Source of the DNA: Terracidiphilus sp. | GTDB lineage: Bacteria > Acidobacteriota > Terriglobia > Terriglobales > Acidobacteriaceae | NCBI GenBank assembly: GCA_052147235.1 | Contig: JBKQLG010000313.1 | Coordinates: 82-64,081, forward strand | DNA: 64,000 bases | Direction: 5' to 3' | In this document: positions 1 to 10,723 of the stretch, piece by piece | Numbering within the stretch: position 1 is the stretch's first letter | How the letters are laid out: every line of letters begins with the position of its first letter | Made by a program: the position numbers and the translations under genes | The notes under the pieces: model-generated | Seen by the model: only the letters and a program-made list of their open reading frames with translations | Database searches by the model: none | Told to the model about the DNA's origin: nothing

Positions 1-349
1 AGGATGCGGCATCCCATGCGGAGTCGCGAAGAATAACGCTGGTCCACGTGAAGCCGCCAATGGGCCTTTGCGGACGGCCATGCTGCGCATCGTCTACCAG
101 GCTGAGAATCTGATCCAGACGCTTCTCGTCAGCAGGCAGCGCGTTCAGTTGCCTTTCCACATCCTGCTGGTTGGCGCGCATTTCTTGAAAGATATTCTCC
201 CTGGCATCTCGCGCCTGATGGCGGTGATGCAACCACGCGACCGAAGCCTCCAGGCCAAGCGCGATCAGCAGACCGATGGTGATGGCCAGCAGGTGAACCA
301 TGAATTCCTTGACCGAGTGGATGGGTTTATGAGGGGGATGAACTTCCAT
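1..349 (-). CDS. hypothetical membrane protein; the gene continues past the window start
   Basis: Open at the window edge, so absent from the ORF track. Minus-strand ATG at 349-347 is preceded by GGAGGAG (complement of 354-360). Translation MEVHPPHKPIHSVKEFMVHLLAITIGLLIALGLEASVAW... contains one hydrophobic helix. Confidence 0.5.
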   Translation of the reverse strand, partial: MEVHPPHKPIHSVKEFMVHLLAITIGLLIALGLEASVAWLHHRHQARDARENIFQEMRANQQDVERQLNALPADEKRLDQILSLVDDAQHGRPQRPIGGFTWTSVILRDSAWDAAS

Positions 350-471
350 GACTCTCCTCCTTCGAGGTTTCACCGGACTTGGCGGCTGAATTTACCCGTG
401 ACAGGAATTGTAATTGGGACCAGTTTGGATTTGAAAGCCATACGCGCCGCAGCAACCATCCGGAAGATCCG

Positions 472-1089
472 TTAGTCTTCCAGCTTCACGGTGCTCTTCT
501 TGCGCATCCACCACCAGGCAAAGCCAATTACCGCCAGTCCGCCGACGATGGCCAGCAGCGCCAATCCGTGGTGTTGGACAAGTCCCACCGCGCCCGGCCC
601 CAGCTTGAGCACCAGTAACGATAGAACCAGCCAGCGAACCATCCTGCCGCAAAAGACCGACAGCATAAAAGGGACGACGCGCATCTCAAAGACGCCAGCG
701 GTGAAGACGCATGCCTTCCACGGGGTGGGCGGAGGCAGCATGGAGGGAATCATCATGGCCAGGAACTCCTGGCGCTCGAAGCGGGCGCGAATCTTCTCGT
801 AGCGCTCGCGGTTGACGCGCTTGAGCAGGAAGAGTTCGCCGCCGGCCCGGCCCAGTCCGTAGGGCAACAGGCCGCCAATGGCCGAACCCGCGGCGGCGAG
901 CAGGCAATAAAGCCAGAAGTGGCTCTTGTCATTCCAGACATAAACGGCCAGAATCGCATCCATGGGGACGGGGATGGTGGACGAGTCCAGCAGTGCCCAC
1001 GCGCCCACGCCCCAAAAGCCCAACTTGGCAAGGATGGGCATCAGCACAAACTTCCATTTGGCCATTAAATGAAGAAATGCTGCTTTCAA
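472..1089 (-). CDS. YqaA/DedA-like (VTT/SNARE-associated domain) inner-membrane protein
   Basis: 205 aa multi-helix protein. The N-terminal segment LLDSSTIPVPMDAILAVYV and the overall layout resemble the YqaA/DedA family. Confidence 0.6.
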   Translation of the reverse strand: MKAAFLHLMAKWKFVLMPILAKLGFWGVGAWALLDSSTIPVPMDAILAVYVWNDKSHFWLYCLLAAAGSAIGGLLPYGLGRAGGELFLLKRVNRERYEKIRARFERQEFLAMMIPSMLPPPTPWKACVFTAGVFEMRVVPFMLSVFCGRMVRWLVLSLLVLKLGPGAVGLVQHHGLALLAIVGGLAVIGFAWWWMRKKSTVKLED

Positions 1090-1206
1090 ACCGGGTTCCC
1101 TTCCGCCGGATCGTCCGTCTTACTATCATACGGGCCGCGGCGATGGGCAGGATTTTTACCGGGATGAGAGAATAGAAGGAAAGGACTCGAAACGGAGCGG
1201 CTGAGC

Positions 1207-2292
1207 GTGTGTGCGCTCATGCTGGCTTCTTTGGAACGAATGCTCACCGACGAATCGCCCACAGAAGTAAACGAATCCAACGAGCCAGCGAAATCCACCC
1301 CCGCTGCGGACGCACCGGCATTGGGTGAGGCGCCGCGCTCGGTAGCCTCCCCGGTAGTTCACGGTTCGCGCTGGGTGGACTACGACACCCACGAACTGCT
1401 GGAGTTGATCAGCGACCTTGAGGATGAGCGGCGCTGGGCGCGCTTCCGCGAGGGCGTCTGGATCGCCATCCTCGTCCATGCGGCGCTGTTTGCCGCAGTT
1501 CTGCTGCTTCCGCAGTACGTCTTCAAAGTGCCGGTGGTGGTCGATTCCAGCAAGGCGATCCAGGAGCCCAGGGAATTTACTTATCTGGATACGCCGAAAT
1601 GGCAGCCCAAGGTTGAGATCAAGCCGGTTCCAACGCCGCATCCCCAAATTGACAAGAAGACGCTGGAGGAGATGAACAAGGCCGCTCCGCCGCCGCCCGC
1701 CCCGGAGCCAGCGCCGCAAGCGGCCGCGCCAGCCCCCCCGCCGCCGCCCATTCCGCCTAGTCAGCAGTCGCCGGTCGAAGCGCCTCGTCCAGTGGCCGTG
1801 CCGGCGCGTCCCAATTTTGCTATGAATTCACAGAATCCGGCCGACGCCTTGCGCGAGGCCATGAAGGGTGTATCGCGGAACCCCGGCATGGGCGCGGGCA
1901 ATCTTCCCTCCGAAGGCGGCCTCAGAATGCATCCCGGCGCCGGTTCGGGCGGCATCGAGGTGCTCTCCGACACCCAGGGCGTGGACTTCGAGAGCTGGCT
2001 GCAGCGCTGGCACCGGGAGACGGAGCGAACCTGGGATCCGTTGATTCCCGACGAGGTCAACCCGCCGATTCTGAAGTCGGGGATGGTGGCGATCCGCTTT
2101 AAGGTTTTGCCCAACGGGCGGCTGATGGACGGCAGCCTGGTACTGGAGGGCCGCAGCGGCGACGTGGCGCTGGACCGCGCCGCCTGGGGGGCGCTGACCG
2201 GCTCAAATTACCCGCCGCTGCCCAGGGACTTCCACGGGCCGTACCTGGAGCTGCGAGCGTTCTTCCTCTATAACATGGAGGAGCAGCGGTAG
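1207..2292 (+). CDS. TonB family energy-transducer protein
   Basis: N-terminal anchor helix (WIAILVHAALFAAVLLL), a Pro/Ala-rich spacer (PPPPAPEPAPQAAAPAPPPPPIPP) and a C-terminal TonB-like domain (GMVAIRFKVLPNGRL...ALDRAAWGAL). The start is uncertain: GTG 1207, or ATG 1219 or 1240. Confidence 0.75.
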   Translation: MCALMLASLERMLTDESPTEVNESNEPAKSTPAADAPALGEAPRSVASPVVHGSRWVDYDTHELLELISDLEDERRWARFREGVWIAILVHAALFAAVLLLPQYVFKVPVVVDSSKAIQEPREFTYLDTPKWQPKVEIKPVPTPHPQIDKKTLEEMNKAAPPPPAPEPAPQAAAPAPPPPPIPPSQQSPVEAPRPVAVPARPNFAMNSQNPADALREAMKGVSRNPGMGAGNLPSEGGLRMHPGAGSGGIEVLSDTQGVDFESWLQRWHRETERTWDPLIPDEVNPPILKSGMVAIRFKVLPNGRLMDGSLVLEGRSGDVALDRAAWGALTGSNYPPLPRDFHGPYLELRAFFLYNMEEQR

Positions 2293-2339
2293 TGTGGCAG
2301 GAAAAACAGGCTCATATTGTCTTATACGTAGAATAGAAC

Positions 2340-2368
2340 TTGCTTTTATGTAACCTTTGGGTTACAAT
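2340..2368 (+). promoter_or_regulatory. sigma-70-like promoter with an overlapping perfect palindromic operator upstream of the toxin-antitoxin pair
   Basis: TTGCTT (2340-2345), a 17 nt spacer, then TACAAT (2363-2368). The inverted repeat TGTAACC-TTTG-GGTTACA (2349-2366) spans the spacer and the -10 box. A GGGAG Shine-Dalgarno lies at 2381-2385 before the TTG start at 2389. Confidence 0.6.
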
Positions 2369-2388
2369 ATATTGAGATTTGGGAGCGA

Positions 2389-2697
2389 TTGAAGAACGTG
2401 CAAATCCTTCGCACCAAAGAATTCGCCATCTGGCTAAACGACCTGCAAGACCGGCAGGGACGCGCGAAGATCATGGCGCGGATTGATCGACTGGAAGAGG
2501 GAAATCCCGGCATAACACGAAGCGTTGGGGCTGGCGTCGTCGAAATGAAGATCGACTTTGGACCAGGCTATCGCGTTTATTTCATTCAGCGCGGCTCGGT
2601 CGTTATCATTTTGCTATGCGGTGGAGACAAGAGCAGCCAGAAGAAAGACATACAGCGGGCAAAAGCCTTGGCCGGCCTGCTGACAGAAGTGGAGTGA
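2389..2697 (+). CDS. type II toxin, 'addiction module killer protein' (RelE/ParE/HigB superfamily)
   Basis: 102 aa. The pattern F..WL..L.D...RAKI..RI.RL..GNPG....VG.GV.E.KIDFGPGYRVYF...G..II.LLCGGDKSSQ..DI..A matches the TIGR02683-type killer family. It sits 4 nt upstream of the cognate antidote gene. Confidence 0.85.
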   Translation: MKNVQILRTKEFAIWLNDLQDRQGRAKIMARIDRLEEGNPGITRSVGAGVVEMKIDFGPGYRVYFIQRGSVVIILLCGGDKSSQKKDIQRAKALAGLLTEVE

Positions 2698-2701
2698 GAA
2701 T

Positions 2702-2992
2702 ATGGCAATCGAAACGATGCCCTACGATGCGGCCGAGTTTCTTACCGATGAAGAAACCATTTCGGCCTACCTGACCGAGGCGCTGGAGAGCGACGATCCG
2801 CGCTACATTGCCAAGGCGCTGGGCGCCGTGGCCCGGGCCCGTGGCGGAATGGCGCAGCTCGCGCGGGAGACCGGCATTGCCCGCGAGGCACTTTACCGCG
2901 CACTGAGCGACGCAGGAAATCCTGAGTTGGGGACGGCGCTCAAGGTCATGCACGCACTTGGCGTGCGGCTTTCCGCCTCGGTGATGGCCTGA
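2702..2992 (+). CDS. type II antitoxin, 'addiction module antidote protein' (HigA-like HTH)
   Basis: 96 aa. YDAAEFL.DEETISAYL.EALESDDP..IAKALG.VARARGM.QLA.ETG..REALY.ALS..GNP.L.T..KV..ALG..L is the typical TIGR02684 pattern. Confidence 0.85.
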   Translation: MAIETMPYDAAEFLTDEETISAYLTEALESDDPRYIAKALGAVARARGGMAQLARETGIAREALYRALSDAGNPELGTALKVMHALGVRLSASVMA

Positions 2993-2994
2993 AC

Positions 2995-4602
2995 TCAATC
3001 ACCGCCGACGCCGGGCCTGACACCGGTTTCCACCGCGTCGCCCACGGGCAGGAAAACGGAGAAGGCTGTCCCGCAGCCTGACTCGCGCTGCCAGCTCCAG
3101 GCGCGCACATCGCCGTGGCGCCGTTCCACCAATTGCGCTACAACCCACAAGCCAAGCCCGGTTCCGGTCTCTGTTTTGGTAGTGAAAAACGGCTCGAAGA
3201 TGCGCCGCATCGTCGCCCGGCTCATGCCCGCGCCGGTATCGCAAAAGGTCACTCGCATCCCCGACGTCTGGCCGTCTCGCCAGTCACGCGAGGGCCGCAG
3301 CCGGACCACCAGCCGTCCGCCGCGCGGCATGGCGTCGATCGAGTTTGACACCAGGTTGGCGAAGATCTGGTGCGTCTCACTAGGCATACAGGCGACCGCA
3401 GTCTCCCGCTCCGCAAGCACTTCGATTGTGATCCCGGCGCTCTGCAGCTTGCCGCGAAACAGAGCCAGTACCGAGGCCACAACCTCCGAGAGCCTGGTGA
3501 CGGCCGGCGCGCCGGGCTGGCGGTGGAACTGCAGCGTCTGCTGGGTAATCAGCGAGATGCGCATCAGTTCGTCAAGCGCCTGGCTGGCCTGCGACCGCGC
3601 TGCTTCAACGGACTCGGCGCGGGAGATGAGGTAGAGCAGGTTGCCCACCGCCTCCAGCGGGTTGTTGATCTCGTGCGCCACCGAGGCCGCCAGCCGTCCG
3701 GCGACAGCCAGCTTTTCCGTGCGCAGCATCGCCTCTTCGGTCAGTTTGCGGTGGGTAATGTCGGTCAGCACGCCCACAACGCGTATTGCCCGGCCTTCGC
3801 TGTTGCGCTGGCATTTGCCTTGCGATTCCAGCCAGTGCACCGACCCATCCGGCCACGGCACGCGGTATTGAATCTGATAATCCTTGCCGGTCGCGCGGGT
3901 CTCCGCCCAGGCGTTCCTAACGCTCTCCGCATCCTCCGGGTGAACCAATTGCAACCACGCCTCGGGGACCGGATCAATGGAGCCGGCTTCGCGGCCGGCG
4001 ATGCGGTACATCTGGCCGGACCTGTAAGCCGTGCCTTCCAGCAAATCCCACACCCACAGCCCCATCCCGTTGACCTCAAGCGCGATCCTGAGAAGGTCGT
4101 CGCGCTGCTGCAACTCCTCGCTGATGCGGGTGCGCTGCTCTGCCAGTTGGCCTTCCGCCTGAGCCAGCATCAGCCGCTGTTGCAGCTCCTGGGTTCGCAG
4201 TTGTGTGCGCTGTTGCGCCAGCCGCCGCATTCCCCAGCTGAAAACAATCAGGATCAGGAGAAAAACCGTCAGCCGCACGCCTTCCTTTACGTTTCCGTTG
4301 GGGATTAGCGCCGCTGTCTTGGCCAGATACAAGTTAATCAGAATGGCTTCGGTAACAGCGCAGGACACGCCGCCCCACATTCCCAGGAACCAAGCGCTCA
4401 GAATGACAGCGGGAAAGGCCGGCAGCATGGGAAACTCGCGCAGCGGCACAATCCAGTAGGTCATCAGCGCGGCAAGGAAGGCCGCGCCGCAGCCCAGCAG
4501 AGCGCACACAGCGTAGGGCCATCGTTCCATCTCAGCGGCGGTGGGAATTTTCATGATACTCATCGGCAGGCCCGCTGGCCGCGGCGTAATGTCGCGGGTC
4601 AT
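2995..4602 (-). CDS. PAS-domain sensor histidine kinase with an N-terminal membrane domain
   Basis: Several N-terminal hydrophobic helices, a coiled-coil and a PAS-like region (GMGLWVWDL...WLQLVHPEDA). HisKA H-box VAHEINNPL. HATPase motifs include GTGLGL. Confidence 0.85.
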   Translation of the reverse strand: MTRDITPRPAGLPMSIMKIPTAAEMERWPYAVCALLGCGAAFLAALMTYWIVPLREFPMLPAFPAVILSAWFLGMWGGVSCAVTEAILINLYLAKTAALIPNGNVKEGVRLTVFLLILIVFSWGMRRLAQQRTQLRTQELQQRLMLAQAEGQLAEQRTRISEELQQRDDLLRIALEVNGMGLWVWDLLEGTAYRSGQMYRIAGREAGSIDPVPEAWLQLVHPEDAESVRNAWAETRATGKDYQIQYRVPWPDGSVHWLESQGKCQRNSEGRAIRVVGVLTDITHRKLTEEAMLRTEKLAVAGRLAASVAHEINNPLEAVGNLLYLISRAESVEAARSQASQALDELMRISLITQQTLQFHRQPGAPAVTRLSEVVASVLALFRGKLQSAGITIEVLAERETAVACMPSETHQIFANLVSNSIDAMPRGGRLVVRLRPSRDWRDGQTSGMRVTFCDTGAGMSRATMRRIFEPFFTTKTETGTGLGLWVVAQLVERRHGDVRAWSWQRESGCGTAFSVFLPVGDAVETGVRPGVGGD

Positions 4603-4640
4603 ATGTTCAAATCCTAATTCCGCGGCAGCTCAACAACGAG

Positions 4641-5951
4641 CTAACCGTCGCTGGCGGTGATGGTCTCCAGGCCATGCCCGTGCGGGCCCATCTCTCTTTG
4701 CCGCAGCAGGAAAGCGAAGAGCATCCCCAGCAGGCCCAGGATGGAGAAAATCCACATCCCCAGGTGGTAGCCGGCGGGATTCTCTGCGCTGGCGTGGCCG
4801 TGGTCGTTGGCCCAGCCGATGGCCAGATTGAAGCCGAAGAACCCCATGTTCTGAACCACGGTCATCAGTCCGTAGGCCGTACCCAGCTTGTTCTGCTCTA
4901 CGATGTAGGCCACCGAGGGCCAGATCACCGCCGGAACCAGCGAGAAGGCGATGCCCATCATAGCCATGGGGGCATAGAGCGATGCCTGGGTATGGGTATA
5001 GGCCATCATCAGATAGACGGGGACCAGCAGCACCGAACCGATCATCATCAGCAGGGCGCGCTTACCGATCTTGTCGACAAACAAGCCGAGCAGCGGCGTG
5101 CCAACCATAGTGGCAATGGTTAGATTGCCGACAATTGTACCTGCCATCTCGCGGGTCGTGCCGTGCGCATCCATGAAGAATTTGTAGGAGAAGGTTTCAA
5201 AGGGAAAGATCGCTGAATAGAAGACCACGCACAGCGCGACGATATACCAGAAAGAAACGCCGAAATGGAAGAGATCTTTGAAAACCACCTTGTCGGTCGG
5301 CCCGGCCTGAGCAAGATCAAAGGTCTTTTCCGCATAGACCTCCATTCCCCAATAGATCAGCGCCCCGATCACGCAGAAAGTGGCGATCCCCACGGAAATC
5401 AAAAGTGGCGTGCGCCAATTGGTGTAGGCCTGCTTGACCCACTCCGGCATAAAAGTGAATTCGGTCCAAGTGGGCGAACGCTGCGCCAGCAATGTGCCGC
5501 CGCGCGCGATCATCAGGTTGATGCCGAAGGCGAAGCTTAACTCCTTGCCGCGGAACCATTTGGCGATGGCGGTGGTGACGGCGACGACGAGGGATTCCGC
5601 GCCGATGCCGAAGATGAGACGCCCGGTCGCCATCAGCGCAAGATGGCCGGAAAGAACAGTGACGATCGCACCGATCAGGCAGGTCGTTCCGAAGAGAAAG
5701 ATGGCCTTGCGCGCGCCGATGCGGTCGACTAGATAGCCGCCGACCAGCACCATGATCAGATTCGGAAAGCTGTAGATGGCCTGGAGCAGTCCGATATTGG
5801 AGTCGGAAAAGCCAAGCTGCTTGGAGAGCAGGTCTGCGACCGGCGCAATGCAGTCGTAGACGTAGTAGTTGCCGAACATGGCCAGGCTGACAAAAACCAG
5901 CACAGCCCAGCGGAAGAAGGGGGACGGCGGACGGCGGGACAGCTCTGGCAT
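4641..5951 (-). CDS. MFS transporter
   Basis: About 12 predicted helices. MFS-like loop motif GGYLVDRIGARKAI. The likely start is the ATG at 5951 (MPELSRRPP...), not the ORF-track start at 6050. Confidence 0.8.
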   Translation of the reverse strand: MPELSRRPPSPFFRWAVLVFVSLAMFGNYYVYDCIAPVADLLSKQLGFSDSNIGLLQAIYSFPNLIMVLVGGYLVDRIGARKAIFLFGTTCLIGAIVTVLSGHLALMATGRLIFGIGAESLVVAVTTAIAKWFRGKELSFAFGINLMIARGGTLLAQRSPTWTEFTFMPEWVKQAYTNWRTPLLISVGIATFCVIGALIYWGMEVYAEKTFDLAQAGPTDKVVFKDLFHFGVSFWYIVALCVVFYSAIFPFETFSYKFFMDAHGTTREMAGTIVGNLTIATMVGTPLLGLFVDKIGKRALLMMIGSVLLVPVYLMMAYTHTQASLYAPMAMMGIAFSLVPAVIWPSVAYIVEQNKLGTAYGLMTVVQNMGFFGFNLAIGWANDHGHASAENPAGYHLGMWIFSILGLLGMLFAFLLRQREMGPHGHGLETITASDG

Positions 5952-6214
5952 AAGCGCGATGAACCTCGGCTCGGCGGGGATGTTGGGGCAAAAAACTCGT
6001 AACCTGTGAAGATAGCAGATTGAGGCTGGACTTGGCAGGCTGCTCCACATCCGGCTCCGTCTTCCCGCTTGATTCGAAGCCCTGGGAAACCGCGCATGTT
6101 CCCTGTTATTCTGGAGTTTCAGTAAGCCTCAACTGAGGACGTAATTGGGAAGTCGCAAATCTGCCGGCTGAACAATCCTTAACAGGACATTCTCACCAAT
6201 GGGCGCAGGGACAA

Positions 6215-7849
6215 ATGAAGGAAATACACGGTAGAAAAGTCGAGCTCTTCGATACCAGCCTTCGCGACGGGATGCAGCAGCCGAACATCGACATCTCCGT
6301 GCCGAATGCCGTCAGCCTGCTGGAGCGCATGGCAACCTTCGGCTTTCGCTATGCCGAAATCGGCTTTGCCGGCGCAAATCAATTTGTAAGCGATTTATCC
6401 AGTGCCCTAGAATCGGTCGATACGGGCACCATGAAACTGGCGTTGTTTGGCAGAACGCGAGGCCGCGGCGCCAAGGTTCAGGAATGGCCGGACGTGCAAT
6501 TCATCGTCAGCCGCAGGAAGCGCATTCCCGTAGCGGTCATTGTCGTCAAATCCAGGCTGCTCGATGTGAAGAGGTCCCTGGAGACAACGCCGGAAGAAAA
6601 CCTGCTGATGGCGAACGATACCGTTGCGTGCCTGCAAGACAGCGGCCTGGAAGTGATCGTGGACCTGGAGCATGCCATGGACGCGGCATGCGGCCGCCGG
6701 GAAAACGGCGAACTGTGCGACGCCGATTTCAGCCGGCGCACCCTGGATTATTTTCACCAGATGATTGCGCAGTGCACCCGTCAGCAAGTAAGCCGGATCA
6801 TTGTTTGCGACACCACCGGCGGCGCCAATCCAGAAGAAGTCGCTCAGGTCATTGGCGGCCTGGCGCAGAGTTATCCCGGAGCTAACTTCGGATTTCATGG
6901 CCACACCGATCGCGGCTTTGGGATTGCCAATACGCGAGCCGCTATTCTTGCCGGTGCGATTCAGGTTCAAGGCACTCTGCTGGGAACGGGCGAACGCTGC
7001 GGCAATGTAAACCTTACGACTGTCATCGGCAGCATGCAACTCAGAGGCGAAGCTGAGTTTGTAGCTCCTGAATCGCTCGCAGGGCTTACCAGCCTCGCGC
7101 ATTCGGCTTATGAAGACTTCGGGATTGAGCCGCCGCACGGCGCTCCGATCGTCGGCCCGGGTGCTTTCGGCACCTGGGCCGGAATGCATGGCAGCAGCGA
7201 ACGCAAGAATCCTGGGGCTTACCTGTGGTGCGATCCCGCCAAAGTCGGCGCCATCCCTGTTATCGGAGTGAACGGCCAATCGGGGAAGGCCAACATTATT
7301 CTGCTATCGAAGGCGATTGGTGTTCCTCTTGACTCCGCGCAGGCTCAGGAGTTCATGGACTCCAACCAGGCAATGATCGAAGGCGATGGCTACACGGCCA
7401 GTGAAGTTTCCTTCAAACTGGCTTGCATGAAGGTGCTGAATACCCTGAAGAATCGCTTCAGCGTGAAAAGCTGGAGAGTGATCGACGAATCCGACGAAAC
7501 CGGAGGCAGGTACGTTCAGGCGTCCATGTCATTATGCCTGGGCGACTCCAATGTTACTGTAACTCGAGCCGAGGGCGCCGGGCCGGTGGATGCTTTGACC
7601 AAAGCCATGCGGCGCGAATTGGAAAAATGGCACCCAGCCATCGCGCGCATGCACTTGGGCAGATTCAGTGTTACGGCCATTGATGTATCCGCGCAGGACA
7701 CCGCGGCTCACGTTCGCGTCACTGTCAGCTTCCACGCCGACGGCCACGAACCCTGGACCACCGCGGGAGTCAGCAGCGACCTGAACCAGGCGGCGCTGAT
7801 GGCCATCGTAGACGGATTTCACTATTGGCTGCAGAAAGATCCTGACTAA
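6215..7849 (+). CDS. cimA: citramalate synthase / 2-isopropylmalate synthase family enzyme (long CimA-like form)
   Basis: HMGL-like N-terminus (VELFDTSLRDGMQQ...) plus a C-terminal LeuA-dimer-type regulatory domain. The 544 aa length fits the CimA-type family. Substrate specificity cannot be read from sequence. Confidence 0.7.
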   Translation: MKEIHGRKVELFDTSLRDGMQQPNIDISVPNAVSLLERMATFGFRYAEIGFAGANQFVSDLSSALESVDTGTMKLALFGRTRGRGAKVQEWPDVQFIVSRRKRIPVAVIVVKSRLLDVKRSLETTPEENLLMANDTVACLQDSGLEVIVDLEHAMDAACGRRENGELCDADFSRRTLDYFHQMIAQCTRQQVSRIIVCDTTGGANPEEVAQVIGGLAQSYPGANFGFHGHTDRGFGIANTRAAILAGAIQVQGTLLGTGERCGNVNLTTVIGSMQLRGEAEFVAPESLAGLTSLAHSAYEDFGIEPPHGAPIVGPGAFGTWAGMHGSSERKNPGAYLWCDPAKVGAIPVIGVNGQSGKANIILLSKAIGVPLDSAQAQEFMDSNQAMIEGDGYTASEVSFKLACMKVLNTLKNRFSVKSWRVIDESDETGGRYVQASMSLCLGDSNVTVTRAEGAGPVDALTKAMRRELEKWHPAIARMHLGRFSVTAIDVSAQDTAAHVRVTVSFHADGHEPWTTAGVSSDLNQAALMAIVDGFHYWLQKDPD

Positions 7850-7900
7850 CTTGGAATTGAAACAGTTTCCGCCCACGCGCGGAAGAAAGGTCCTTCCCCA

Positions 7901-10666
7901 ATGAATAGTTTTGACAGCAAGGCAACACTTGTCTCCGGCAACCGCAGTTACACGATTTACAGATTGCCGGCACTGGCCGCGCGCGGCTTCGACCTGAACC
8001 GCCTGCCTTTCAGCCTGAAGATACTGCTGGAGAACTTGCTGCGCCGCGAGGATGGCGTCAATGTGACGGCCGCGGAGATTGAATTTCTGGCTAACTGGGA
8101 AGCCAAGGCCGAGCCGAGCCGGGAGATTGCTTTTATGCCGGCGCGGGTGCTGATGCAGGACTTTACCGGCGTGCCCGCGATAGTTGATCTGGCTGCGATG
8201 CGCGACGCGATCCGGACGCTGGGCGTCGATCCGGAACAAGTGAATCCGCTGGTTCCCGCCGAGTTAGTCATCGACCATTCGCTGCAGGTGGACGAGTATG
8301 GGAGCGCGGGAGCTTACGACGCCAACGCGCTGCTCGAATTTGAGCGCAACCGCGAGCGCTATGCGTTTTTGAAATGGGGGCAGACAGCCTTCCATAACTT
8401 CAGCGCCGTGCCGCCAGGGATGGGCATCTGCCACCAGGTGAATCTGGAATATCTGGCGCGCGTAGTCTTCACGGCAGAAAACAACGGTGAGTTAGTTGCC
8501 TACCCGGACACGCTGGTGGGCACCGACTCGCACACCACGATGATCAATGGCCTGGGAGTTTTGGGCTGGGGCGTGGGCGGCATTGAGGCCGAGGCGGCAA
8601 TGCTCGGCCAGGCTATCTCGATGCTGGTTCCGCAGGTGGTGGGCTTCCGCCTAACCGGCAAACTGCGCGAGGGAGCTACGGCGACGGACTTAGTGCTGAC
8701 AGTAACTCAGACGCTGCGCAAGCTGGGCGTAGTGGGAAAGTTTGTTGAGTTCTTTGGCCCCGGCGTGGCCGCGCTGCCGCTGGCCGATCGCGCGACGATC
8801 AGTAACATGGCTCCCGAGTACGGCGCGACCTGCGGCATCTTCCCGGTGGATGCCGAGACGCTGCGCTATCTGCGACTTACAGGCCGCAGCGAGGAGCAGA
8901 TTATGTTGGTTGAGGATTATTACAAGGAGCAGGGAATATTCCAAACCGCTGACTCGCCGGAGGCTGAATACACGCAGACTCTGGAGCTGGATCTTGCTAC
9001 CGTCGAACCCAGCGTTGCCGGTCCCAAGCGTCCACAGGACCGTGTGCTACTCAAGGATGCGGCGGCCAACTTTGCCGGGCAACTGCCCACGCTGCTCTCG
9101 CCTACCACCAAGCCTCTTGGCACGCGCAGCGCGGCTAACTGGGAGCGTGGCGCGGTGACCGACAATGGAGTTATCGGAGCTTATTCTGCCACGACCGTGC
9201 ATGGCCGCTTCGGCATCGATCCTGACCTGTATCTCGATCATGGCTCGGTGGTGATTGCTGCTATCACCAGTTGCACTAATACCTCGAACCCTTCGGTGAT
9301 GATGGCTGCAGGAATCCTGGCAAAAAAGGCTGTCGAAAAGGGACTTACAGTGCCGCCGTGGGTAAAGACTTCACTGGCGCCCGGTTCGCGGGTGGTTACG
9401 GATTACTACGCCAAGGCCGGCTTGCTGCCTTATCTTGAAAAGCTGCGCTTCAACGTGGTGGGTTACGGATGCACCACCTGCATCGGTAACTCCGGACCGC
9501 TGCCTGCCGACGTTTCCAGGAGCATCGACGAGCATGGACTGGTCGCGGTGAGCGTGCTGAGCGGCAACCGCAACTTCGAGGGACGTGTCAATGTGGATGT
9601 GCGGGCTAACTATCTGATGAGTCCGCCGCTGGTGGTGGCCTATGCTTTGGCAGGCAAGATCGGTCATAACTTCGAGACAGATTCGCTAGGGTCAGACGGG
9701 GCAGGACAGCCTGTCTATCTCAAAGACATTTGGCCTACGCAAGCCGAGGTGGCAGAGGCAATCGATAAGGGAGTCTCCAGCGAGGGCTTCCGGCGAGAGT
9801 ACGCTACGGTGAGCCTGGGCGACGCCAACTGGCAGGGACTCAAGTTTCCCACCGGCGGCGTATATAAGTGGGAGCCGGATTCGACATATATTCGCAAGGC
9901 TCCCTATTTCGATGGAATTACCAGGATGCCCGCGCCAGTTACAGAGATACTGGGCGCGCGCGTGCTGGCCGTGCTGGGCGACTCGATAACTACCGATCAT
10001 ATCTCGCCTGCCGGCAGCATCAAGGCCAGCGGGCCGGCGGGCAAATATCTTGCAGAGCATGGCGTAAAGCAGACGGAGTTTAATAGTTACGGCTCTCGGC
10101 GCGGTAATCATGAAGTGATGGTGCGCGGAGCGTTTGCCAATGTTCGGCTACGCAACAAGCTGGCTCCGGGCACCGAGGGCGGTGTAACTCGGCTTTTACC
10201 CGAAGGCGAGGGAATGCCGATCTTCGACGCCAGCGTGAAGTACGCTGAGCGGGGCGTGCCGCTGATTATTCTGGCAGGAAAAGAGTACGGCTCCGGAAGC
10301 TCGCGCGACTGGGCGGCCAAGGGGCCGAAGTTACTGGGAGTTAGAGCGGTTATTGCCGAGAGCTTCGAGCGCATTCATCGCTCCAACTTAGTAGGCATGG
10401 GGATTCTGCCGTTGCAATTCGAGGCCGGCCAGAACGCGGAGTCGCTCGGCCTGAGCGGCGAAGAGGTCTACGACTTCCCTGCCCTGACGGCGCTGCTCGC
10501 CAGTAATTTCGCTAACGGCAACACGGTTAGAGTCAAGGCCACGGCAGCCAATGGTGGAGTGAAGGAGTTTTCTGCCAAAGTGCGCATCGACACGCCGCGG
10601 GAGATCGAGTACTTCGAGCACGGTGGTATTTTACAATATGTTCTGCGGCAGTTAGTGGCGAAGTGA
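7901..10666 (+). CDS. acnA: aconitate hydratase A
   Basis: 921 aa with canonical AcnA/IRP motifs: [76 protein letters not shown]. Confidence 0.97.
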   Translation: MNSFDSKATLVSGNRSYTIYRLPALAARGFDLNRLPFSLKILLENLLRREDGVNVTAAEIEFLANWEAKAEPSREIAFMPARVLMQDFTGVPAIVDLAAMRDAIRTLGVDPEQVNPLVPAELVIDHSLQVDEYGSAGAYDANALLEFERNRERYAFLKWGQTAFHNFSAVPPGMGICHQVNLEYLARVVFTAENNGELVAYPDTLVGTDSHTTMINGLGVLGWGVGGIEAEAAMLGQAISMLVPQVVGFRLTGKLREGATATDLVLTVTQTLRKLGVVGKFVEFFGPGVAALPLADRATISNMAPEYGATCGIFPVDAETLRYLRLTGRSEEQIMLVEDYYKEQGIFQTADSPEAEYTQTLELDLATVEPSVAGPKRPQDRVLLKDAAANFAGQLPTLLSPTTKPLGTRSAANWERGAVTDNGVIGAYSATTVHGRFGIDPDLYLDHGSVVIAAITSCTNTSNPSVMMAAGILAKKAVEKGLTVPPWVKTSLAPGSRVVTDYYAKAGLLPYLEKLRFNVVGYGCTTCIGNSGPLPADVSRSIDEHGLVAVSVLSGNRNFEGRVNVDVRANYLMSPPLVVAYALAGKIGHNFETDSLGSDGAGQPVYLKDIWPTQAEVAEAIDKGVSSEGFRREYATVSLGDANWQGLKFPTGGVYKWEPDSTYIRKAPYFDGITRMPAPVTEILGARVLAVLGDSITTDHISPAGSIKASGPAGKYLAEHGVKQTEFNSYGSRRGNHEVMVRGAFANVRLRNKLAPGTEGGVTRLLPEGEGMPIFDASVKYAERGVPLIILAGKEYGSGSSRDWAAKGPKLLGVRAVIAESFERIHRSNLVGMGILPLQFEAGQNAESLGLSGEEVYDFPALTALLASNFANGNTVRVKATAANGGVKEFSAKVRIDTPREIEYFEHGGILQYVLRQLVAK

Positions 10667-10723
10667 GTGGATTCTATATCTTTTCGTCAGAAGTGTAGCT
10701 GGATTGGATTAACAATTCGCGAG

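Noticed and set aside
68-475. 135-aa plus-strand ORF at the start of the window
   Set aside because: It lies antisense to a better-supported minus-strand gene (1-349) that has a strong GGAGGAG ribosome-binding site and a membrane helix. It has no recognisable motifs and is Arg/Gln-rich, as is typical of antisense frames in GC-rich DNA.
8260-10660. Recurrent AGTTAG / TTAGT strings in acnA (also in asnS and at the ribF 3' end), which initially looked like a planted or regulatory motif
   Set aside because: Each instance I checked in acnA and asnS is an in-frame Leu(TTA) codon, usually followed by Val, Ala or Glu. At the ribF 3' end the strings are the complement of sense-strand codons. This is consistent with local codon usage. 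I cannot show enrichment without a genome-wide count, so this is not reported as a finding.
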